This document shows, piece by piece, positions 37,495 to 44,003 of a stretch of 44,003 bases of DNA (the stretch's first letter is position 1; every line of letters begins with the position of its first letter). The DNA comes from an uncultured Methanosarcinales archaeon (GTDB lineage: Archaea; Nanobdellota; Nanobdellia; Woesearchaeales; DATDXC01). Under the pieces are notes generated by a model. The model was not told the DNA's origin, searched no databases, and was given only the letters and a program-made list of their open reading frames with translations. Where the stretch lies: NCBI GenBank assembly GCA_964510025.1, contig CAZDZV010000003.1, positions 124,001 through 168,003 of the forward strand, read 5' to 3'. The position numbers and the translations under genes are program-made.

Positions 37495-38156
37495 GGAAAT
37501 CTAAGGTATTTGAAGTTTATGAGGATAAGGGAAGGCTGTATACTTCAAATCTGGTCCCTGGAAAAAAAGTGTATGATGAAATATTAGCCAAGGAAAAGGG
37601 CAAGGAATATCGGTCATGGAATCCCAGGAAGTCCAAGCTTGCAGCAACCATCTTAAAAGGAAGTCCCAACATAGGCATCCGCAAGGACGACGTTGTCCTG
37701 TATCTCGGAGCAGCTTCCGGCACGACTGTTTCACATGTGTCAGATATGGTTGGAAGTGGGGGGTTTATATTTGCTGTAGACTTTGCTTTTGAAGTTGTCA
37801 GAGATCTGGTCTTTGTTGCTGAAGCCAGGAAGAACATTGCCCCCATACTGGCTGATGCAAATAATCCTAAGGATTACATCTCCAGAGTGTCTCAGGTGGA
37901 TGTCATCTACCAGGATATAGCACAGAGAAACCAGGCGGACATCTTCCTGAAAAATGTGGATATATTCCTCAAAAAGGGGGGGTACGCCCTCTTGGCAGTT
38001 AAGTCAAGAAGCATCGACATAGCTAGAAAACCAAAAGCCATCTTTGAGGAAATCAGGCAAAAATTGCTGGAAAAGGTCACCATTGTAGATTACAGGGTAC
38101 TTGATCCATATGAAAAGGATCACTGTATGTTCATATGCAAGACAAATTTTCAATAA
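37491..38156 (+). CDS. flpA: Fibrillarin-like rRNA/tRNA 2'-O-methyltransferase
   Basis: EYRSWNPRKSKLAA, VLYLGAASGTTVSHVSD, YQDIAQRNQ, KSRSID. Confidence 0.95.
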   Translation: MRKSKVFEVYEDKGRLYTSNLVPGKKVYDEILAKEKGKEYRSWNPRKSKLAATILKGSPNIGIRKDDVVLYLGAASGTTVSHVSDMVGSGGFIFAVDFAFEVVRDLVFVAEARKNIAPILADANNPKDYISRVSQVDVIYQDIAQRNQADIFLKNVDIFLKKGGYALLAVKSRSIDIARKPKAIFEEIRQKLLEKVTIVDYRVLDPYEKDHCMFICKTNFQ

Positions 38157-38202
38157 ACTTTATATAGGGGCTAATAATCCTAATTGATGGTTTATTCTTA
38201 AA

Positions 38203-39090
38203 ATGAGAGACAAATCACAGAAAGGAACATATGTACTGAAAAAAGGACTGGCAGAGATGCTAAAAGGCGGAGTGATCATGGATGTTGTCACAGCCGAGCA
38301 TGCAAAGATTGCTGAAAAAGCGGGCGCTGTTGCAGTAATGGCTTTGGAGAGAGTCCCTGCAGACATCAGGGCAGCTGGCGGAGTGGCGAGGATGTCTGAT
38401 CCACAGCTGATCAAGGAGATAATGAATGCTGTTTCCATACCTGTAATGGCTAAGTGCCGTATCGGGCATTTTGCTGAAGCACAGGTTTTGGAGGCTCTAG
38501 ATGTGGATTATATAGACGAGTCTGAAGTATTGACTCCAGCGGATGATAGAGCTCACGTCGATAAGCATAAGTTCAAGGTCCCTTTTGTGTGCGGAGCCAG
38601 AGACCTCGGTGAAGCCTTAAGGAGGATGAGCGAGGGGGCTGCTATGATCAGGACTAAGGGAGAAGCCGGCACGGGCAATATCATCGAGGCAGTAAGACAC
38701 ATGAAGACTATGAACGAGCAGATTGCACAATTAAAAAGAATGAATGAAAAAAAGCTTATGCTCAAGGCACGAGAGTATAGGGTGCCAAGAGAGCTCCTGA
38801 ACAGAACGGCAAGGATGCAGAGACTGCCTGTGGTTAATTTTGCAGCTGGCGGAATCGCTACCCCAGCGGATGCCTCATTGATGATGCAGCTTGGGTGTGA
38901 CGGCATCTTTGTGGGTTCAGGCATATTTAAGAGCAGCAATCCTTCTAAGAGAGCAAAAGCCATAGTCAAGGCCACTGCTCATTATAATGACGCCAAGGCG
39001 GTTGCCAAAGCATCTGAAGGCCTAGGTGATCCTATGAAAGGACTTGAGATATCCAAGATAGATACAAAGATGGCCGATCGTGGCCTGTAA
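38203..39090 (+). CDS. pdxS: Pyridoxal 5'-phosphate synthase lyase subunit
   Basis: [55 protein letters not shown]. Confidence 0.97.
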   Translation: MRDKSQKGTYVLKKGLAEMLKGGVIMDVVTAEHAKIAEKAGAVAVMALERVPADIRAAGGVARMSDPQLIKEIMNAVSIPVMAKCRIGHFAEAQVLEALDVDYIDESEVLTPADDRAHVDKHKFKVPFVCGARDLGEALRRMSEGAAMIRTKGEAGTGNIIEAVRHMKTMNEQIAQLKRMNEKKLMLKAREYRVPRELLNRTARMQRLPVVNFAAGGIATPADASLMMQLGCDGIFVGSGIFKSSNPSKRAKAIVKATAHYNDAKAVAKASEGLGDPMKGLEISKIDTKMADRGL

Positions 39091-39133
39091 TTCTCACAAA
39101 AGCTTTACAGCATATGAAACAAAAAACTGAAAA

Positions 39134-39712
39134 ATGAAAGTCGGTGTATTGGCATTACAAGGTTCTGTTCAGGAACATTTGAGGATGCTTAGGGAATGCG
39201 GAGTTGAACCAGTAGAGGTACGGCTACCACAAGATATGGATAATATATATGGATTGATTATTCCCGGAGGGGAATCTACAACAATAGGAAAACTAATGAA
39301 GGAATATGGTCTGGACAAGGAAATCGTAAGGAGGTACTCCAAGGGCATGCCGATATACGGCACATGCGCCGGTGCCATAGTGCTTGCAAAAAATATTCTT
39401 GGCAAAAGCCAGGATAAGCTGGGGCTGGCTGATATCACGATAAAGAGGAACTATTACGGCAGGCAGAAGGAAAGCTTCGAGACCATGCTGGATCTACATG
39501 AATTTGACAAGCCTTTCAGAGGAATATTTATCAGGGCACCAATCATAGATGCTGTTCATAACGGTGCGAAGATCATGTCGAGCTTTAAGAACAAACCGGT
39601 ATTGGTAAGACAGGGCAACCTGCTTCTATGCACGTTTCATCCTGAGCTGACTGATGATAGAAGGCTTCATAAATATTTTGTAGACATGATCAAGAAAAGT
39701 GTGGTATATTGA
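39134..39712 (+). CDS. pdxT: Pyridoxal 5'-phosphate synthase glutaminase subunit
   Basis: GVLALQG, PGGESTT, GTCAG, FIRAP, FHPELT. Confidence 0.96.
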   Translation: MKVGVLALQGSVQEHLRMLRECGVEPVEVRLPQDMDNIYGLIIPGGESTTIGKLMKEYGLDKEIVRRYSKGMPIYGTCAGAIVLAKNILGKSQDKLGLADITIKRNYYGRQKESFETMLDLHEFDKPFRGIFIRAPIIDAVHNGAKIMSSFKNKPVLVRQGNLLLCTFHPELTDDRRLHKYFVDMIKKSVVY

Positions 39713-39736
39713 CTTTTGTCCCATAATATTCTAGTC

Positions 39737-39755
39737 TTTTGGACAATGTCCAAAA
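39737..39755. repeat. Perfect inverted repeat TTTTGGACA-A-TGTCCAAAA between convergent genes
   Basis: 9-bp arms with a 1-nt spacer; extra half-sites at 39715-39721 and 39771-39778. Confidence 0.7.
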
Positions 39756-39810
39756 ATTCAATCAAAATAGTGGACAAATCTAGTATTCAGACAATAGGGA
39801 ACAGTATAAT

Positions 39811-40683
39811 CTAATCTAGAATTTCCAAGATCTTACATGCATTGCAGATTTTACCTGCAGATGGCTCATTGCACCTGCTGCAGATGGCAGCTGCACCCTT
39901 ATATTTTTTTTCCAGTACAGGCAATATCTCTAAGAGACTCCTCACAATGGAGTATTTTGTTTGTGCATGTGATTTTTCAAATCTATCAAGCATTTCGGCG
40001 ATTTCTTTCCTGTATGCTTCGATCCTGTAAGGGCATTTGCTGTAGTTAACTGGAAACTGCATAACTTTCGAATAAAGCTCGGTTTCTTTTTCTGAACAGA
40101 AGTACAGCGGCTTAATTCTTGGAACAAATCCTTTTTGGCTTTTTGAGATCGGGCCCAGCCTCGCCATCAGAGGCATGCTGTTCTTAAAAAGGTTCATGAT
40201 GATAACCTGAGCCTCGTCATCCAGGTTATGGCCTGTTACAAGCTTGGTTGCTTTCAGCTCTCTTGCTTTCCTGTTCAACAGATGCCTCCTAAGGATACCA
40301 CAGACAGTGCATGGTTTCGGATATTTCAGGATTGCCAAGATCTGCGGCAAAGTATGGTTGAATTCCTGCCTAAAGGAGGATTCATGAAGGGCTATGCCCA
40401 TGTTCTTACAAAAATTTCTTATGTTCCTCCTATTTGTACTGCTATAGCTACCTACATTCGCATCGATGTGAATGGCTTCCATTGAAATGCTCTTATTTCT
40501 TATTATTTTGTGGAGCAAATAGAGAACAGTAGTTGAGTCCTTGCCCCCTGAGCATGCTACCATCAGCTTTTCTTTCTTGGCTAGAAGTCTGTTGGTCCTG
40601 ATAGTCTTCCGGACTTTTTTTTCAAAATAGGCCAGAAACTCAGTTTCTGTCATGCTTCTGCCGCTTGGAGCATCATATCTCAT
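39811..40683 (-). CDS. TtuA/Ncs6 (TIGR00269-like) tRNA 2-thiolation PP-loop ATPase
   Basis: SGGKDS, PCTVCG, TGHNLDDEAQ, RIKPL, CPY, C-terminal CSRC...CNAC. Confidence 0.88.
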   Translation of the reverse strand: MRYDAPSGRSMTETEFLAYFEKKVRKTIRTNRLLAKKEKLMVACSGGKDSTTVLYLLHKIIRNKSISMEAIHIDANVGSYSSTNRRNIRNFCKNMGIALHESSFRQEFNHTLPQILAILKYPKPCTVCGILRRHLLNRKARELKATKLVTGHNLDDEAQVIIMNLFKNSMPLMARLGPISKSQKGFVPRIKPLYFCSEKETELYSKVMQFPVNYSKCPYRIEAYRKEIAEMLDRFEKSHAQTKYSIVRSLLEILPVLEKKYKGAAAICSRCNEPSAGKICNACKILEILD

Positions 40684-41057
40684 TTTTTTCTGTAGTTCTT
40701 AATGGCATCGTGCAGTGCATCTGCAGCCAGATTGCTGCAATGGACCTTTATAGGGGGCAATCCATCTAACGCATCCTTGACATTATCCCTGTCGATTTTC
40801 ATAGCTTCATCCAGGGTTTTCCCTTTGGCCAGCTCAGTAATCATGGAAGATGTTGCTATGGCTGCTACACACCCAAAGGTTTTTACACCTATATCTTCTA
40901 TTATCTCTTCGCCTTTGGCATTCTTTCCAACCTTTATGTAGCACCACATCACGTCGCCACATGTGGGATTGCCTACTTTTCCTATGGCATCTGCATCCTG
41001 AATCTCTTTCAAATTATGAGGATTCCTGAAATGGTCCATAACTTTTTCTGTATACAT
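40680..41057 (-). CDS. iscU: Fe-S cluster scaffold IscU/NifU
   Basis: MDHFRNPHN, GNPTCGD, FGCVAAIATSS, LPPIKVHCSNLA. Confidence 0.95.
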   Translation of the reverse strand: MYTEKVMDHFRNPHNLKEIQDADAIGKVGNPTCGDVMWCYIKVGKNAKGEEIIEDIGVKTFGCVAAIATSSMITELAKGKTLDEAMKIDRDNVKDALDGLPPIKVHCSNLAADALHDAIKNYRKK

Positions 41058-42215
41058 TTAATCACCTTTCCATAGCGGACTTACTCTTCGTAAATTCTTG
41101 ACTATGCCTGGCAATTCTTTCCCGACATAGTCAATCTCCTCTTCAGTATTGGCTTTTCCAAGGGTCAGCCTTAAGCTGCCATGAGCATCGACAGGCGTAA
41201 GCCCTATAGCCAGCAGCACATGGCTAGGTTTAAGATCCTTGCTCGAGCATGCAGATCCAGTAGAGCCTGCAATCCCTTTGTCATCAAGATGTATCAACAA
41301 GGATTCCCCTTCTATGTATTTAAAGCCGAAGTTAGCATTTCCCGGCAGCCTTTTTTTTGGATGCCCATTGAGCCAGCTTTCTGGAATTTCTAATACATTT
41401 CTTATAAGCTTATCTCTCAGGGTTTCCTCTTTCTGAGCCCTATGCTGCATGTCTTTTTCAGCCATCTCAGCTGCTTTTGCAAATCCTACTATTCCAGGGA
41501 TATTTTCTGTGCCTGATCTTAGACAAAACTCATGGTTGCCTCCATGCATGAAAGGCTGTATCTTCGTGCCTTTTTTTATGTATATGAGGCCAACACCTTT
41601 CGGCCCGTACAGCTTGTGCGAGGAAGCTGAAAGCAGGTCTATATTCATATCCTTCACATCTATGGGGATTTTTCCGAAGGTCTGGACAGCATCTGTATGG
41701 AAATAGACTCCCTTATTCCTGCAAATTGACCCAATGGCCTTAATCGGCTCTATTGTTCCTATCTCATTGTTGGCATGCATGACTGATACAAGGGTTGTCT
41801 CGTTTGTTATAGCCTTTTCTACATCTACTGGATCGACCAAGCCGTGCTTATCAACTTCAAGCCATGTGACCTTGAAGCCTTGTTTTTCCAGGAATTTAAA
41901 GCTGTTTTCAACTGCATGGTGCTCTATCTTTGTCGTAATCAGATGTTTCCCTTTTTTTAAATTTGACCATGCTATCTCTTTGATAGCCATATTATCTGAT
42001 TCAGTGCCTCCGGAGGTGAAGATAATCTCTCTTGGATCCGCGTGCATAATGGAACTTACAGTATCCCGTGATTCTTCCAGTGCTTTTCTTGCCTCCTGAC
42101 CATAACTGTGCAATGATGATGCGTTGCCGTATTTCGATGAAAAGTAAGGCTGCATAGCCTTGACTACATCAACATCTACCGGTGTTGTCGCTGCATGATC
42201 CATATACACCCTCAT
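41058..42215 (-). CDS. iscS: Cysteine desulfurase IscS/NifS
   Basis: YMDHAATTP, FTSGGTESDN, HTDAVQ, SSHKLYGPKG, STGSACSS; ATG 42215 overlaps the upstream stop. Confidence 0.96.
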   Translation of the reverse strand: MRVYMDHAATTPVDVDVVKAMQPYFSSKYGNASSLHSYGQEARKALEESRDTVSSIMHADPREIIFTSGGTESDNMAIKEIAWSNLKKGKHLITTKIEHHAVENSFKFLEKQGFKVTWLEVDKHGLVDPVDVEKAITNETTLVSVMHANNEIGTIEPIKAIGSICRNKGVYFHTDAVQTFGKIPIDVKDMNIDLLSASSHKLYGPKGVGLIYIKKGTKIQPFMHGGNHEFCLRSGTENIPGIVGFAKAAEMAEKDMQHRAQKEETLRDKLIRNVLEIPESWLNGHPKKRLPGNANFGFKYIEGESLLIHLDDKGIAGSTGSACSSKDLKPSHVLLAIGLTPVDAHGSLRLTLGKANTEEEIDYVGKELPGIVKNLRRVSPLWKGD

Positions 42216-42508
42216 CTTTTGCACACCTCAGAGCAGTACTTCTTTACATGCTCGTCAACGAGCCTTATTAAAGGGACAATTGTATCCTTATTAAGCGAAT
42301 ATACCCTCTTTTTACCATGCCTGGAGAAGGTCAAGAAGTTACATTCCATCAGCCGCTTCAGGTTATGGGAAACCTTGCTTTGCTCTTCTTTAATGTCTTT
42401 AGAGATATCGTTGACTGACTTGGGAGATTCCATTAGGGAAAATACTATCTTTATCCTTGTCTCATTTGAAAAGTTTTCGAAAAAACTATAATATGAAAGA
42501 CATTTCAT
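42212..42508 (-). CDS. ArsR/SmtB-family transcriptional regulator
   Basis: NETRIKIVFSLMESPKSVNDI...QSKVSHNLKRL...GKKRVYSL; C-terminal CSEVC. Confidence 0.88.
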   Translation of the reverse strand: MKCLSYYSFFENFSNETRIKIVFSLMESPKSVNDISKDIKEEQSKVSHNLKRLMECNFLTFSRHGKKRVYSLNKDTIVPLIRLVDEHVKKYCSEVCKR

Positions 42509-42526
42509 ATGAATAAGAAATCATAT
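42491..42526. promoter_or_regulatory. Two overlapping ArsR/SmtB-type operators over the regulator's start codon
   Basis: ATATGAAA-GACA-TTTCATAT (42491-42510) and ATATGA-N8-TCATAT (42507-42526); TATA at 42530-42538 on the minus strand. Confidence 0.65.
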
Positions 42527-42560
42527 CTATTATATAAATGTTTTGTTATTCCAGCGCCTA

Positions 42561-42589
42561 TAAAAAAACCTCATCATAATTAATGATGA
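42561..42589 (-). terminator. Putative terminator downstream of trxB
   Basis: Hairpin TCATCAT-N5-ATGATGA followed on the minus strand by GG and a T7 run. Confidence 0.45.
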
Positions 42590-42659
42590 TTTCTTTTAAG
42601 GGACGGACACTCCATTTTTTAAAGCCATAATCATGGGCAAATTAGTTTAGTGTAAATAT

Positions 42660-43598
42660 CTATGTGTCTTCGCTACAACCACATACCGGCAGCTCGTCCT
42701 TAACATAGCGATAAACATTGTAAGCTGCTATCACCCCTTCAGCTGCTCCTGTGATGGCCTGTTTAAATCTGCTGTTAACAACATCACCACAGGCATATAC
42801 GCCAGGTATATTCGTGGCAGAGTTCTCGTCAGTTACAATCTCATTTTTTTGGTTCAACCTGACCCCGATGTCCTTGGCCAGCGCAGAAAGAGGAATATGC
42901 CCTATATTGATAAACAAACCATCCAGCTTTAGCTCATTAGAACCATTGAACTCGGTATCGAGGATTACCGAATTCACCAGCTTATCCCCTTTTATTTCCT
43001 TAACGTTGGCCTTGTTCACTACGGTAATTTTGTCGTTCTTCTCAACTTTAGACAGATTAACAGGTTCAGACCGTATCTTCTCCTTACGATAAATAATGAA
43101 GACTTTCTTGGCATACTGGGCCAACATTAAGGCTTCTTTTGCTGCTGAATCTGAACCGCCTACTATGCCTACTACCTTGTCTTTGTACAACGCTCCGTCA
43201 CACAGTGCACAATAATGGACCCCTTTGTTGGAGAATTCCTTCTCTCCAGGGACATTCAGCTTTCTCCATTCTGTTCCCGTGGCAAATATTACTGTATTTG
43301 CCTCGAAAATATTGTGGCCAGAATATACCTTGAAGCAATCTTGGCATTTTTCCAGTTTCTCAACCTTCTTTTCTTTCAGGTCTATCCCATAGTCTTTTGC
43401 ATGCTCCTTTATCTTATCAAACAGGTCCATTCCGCTGATTTTCCTGAAGCCGGGATAGTTAGAGATATCATCAGTCAGTATTATTGTCCCGCCTAGCTTG
43501 TCAGCCAGGACCAGAGTCTTCAGCTGAAACCTCCCTGCATATAAGGCTGCAGAAAGACCAGATATCCCTCCCCCAATAATTACTGTGTCGTACCTCAT
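42660..43598 (-). CDS. trxB: Thioredoxin-disulfide reductase
   Basis: IIGGGISG, IFATG, GVHYCALCDG, VGGSDSA, GVYACGD. Confidence 0.93.
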   Translation of the reverse strand: MRYDTVIIGGGISGLSAALYAGRFQLKTLVLADKLGGTIILTDDISNYPGFRKISGMDLFDKIKEHAKDYGIDLKEKKVEKLEKCQDCFKVYSGHNIFEANTVIFATGTEWRKLNVPGEKEFSNKGVHYCALCDGALYKDKVVGIVGGSDSAAKEALMLAQYAKKVFIIYRKEKIRSEPVNLSKVEKNDKITVVNKANVKEIKGDKLVNSVILDTEFNGSNELKLDGLFINIGHIPLSALAKDIGVRLNQKNEIVTDENSATNIPGVYACGDVVNSRFKQAITGAAEGVIAAYNVYRYVKDELPVCGCSEDT

Positions 43599-43831
43599 AT
43601 GCTAAGCGCTTTCTTGATAGCTCCCTGGTCAAAACCTACGATAGGATCATTTCCTTCTATATCTATAACAGGAACGCCCATCTGGCCAGTCTTCTCGAGC
43701 ATCTCGTTTCTGGCTGATTCATCTGAAGAAACATCCTTGTCTTCAAATTCTATGCTGTGTTCTTTTAAAAAATCCTTCACTTTATGGCACCAAGGACATG
43801 TTGGTGTTGAATACACTGTAACTTTTGGCAT
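43595..43831 (-). CDS. Glutaredoxin-like protein (NrdH/YruB family)
   Basis: VYSTPTCPWC, TGQMGVPVI, IVGFD; SD GGAGGTGA 5 nt before ATG 43831. Confidence 0.92.
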   Translation of the reverse strand: MPKVTVYSTPTCPWCHKVKDFLKEHSIEFEDKDVSSDESARNEMLEKTGQMGVPVIDIEGNDPIVGFDQGAIKKALSI

Positions 43832-44003
43832 CTGCTTCACCTCCGAGATAGCAAAATCTTATTTCTTTTATAAAGTTGTTGAAAAAAACCATAGGTTTTA
43901 TAAATCCACTAATGTTAATGAAATCGTTATTTCATAGATTAAAAGCACAACCTTACAAAATTAAAATATAAATAAAATACTGACGTTATAGTATTAAAGA
44001 TTA

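Noticed and set aside
38187..38201. Mini-uORF MVYS before pdxS (similar MKKRCLYE at 4545-4571 before ppsA)
   Set aside because: No informative codon content, ATG only ~20 nt from the TATA box, and expected by chance in AT-rich leaders.
42570..42660. ATGATGA box C-like words, possible C/D box sRNA
   Set aside because: No CTGA box D at a suitable distance on either strand; better explained as a terminator hairpin.

Overview
Gene-dense archaeal chromosomal segment, most consistent with a DPANN (Woesearchaeota-like) scaffold. The archaeal signal is rpl37ae, rpoP, prefoldin beta, Nop5/fibrillarin, BHB-intron tRNA and TATA-box, mostly leaderless genes; the lineage is inferred. Housekeeping content: nadA, nurA, PfkB kinase, pcm, ppsA, trmJ, gcvT/H, valS, DRG-type GTPase, pdxS/T, an ArsR-iscS-iscU-ttuA operon and grx-trxB. 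Highlights: (1) a cysteine module of TATA box, leaderless uORF MMVNCICC, tRNA-Cys(GCA) and a cysteine synthase-CysRS fusion gene, which looks like a cysteine-sensing attenuator; (2) an ~11 kb surface-structure locus (20.5-31.4 kb) with four paralogous secreted proteins in A-B/A-B order, three ribbon-helix-helix regulators (two absent from the ORF track), 11-bp-periodic operator repeats, a methyltransferase and a giant membrane-anchored protein broken by a scaffold gap; (3) tRNA-Pro(TGG) with two introns (37/38 and 59/60); (4) a strongly diverged PRPP-synthetase-like protein with a ~100-aa insertion. No CRISPR array, rRNA or transposase was seen.
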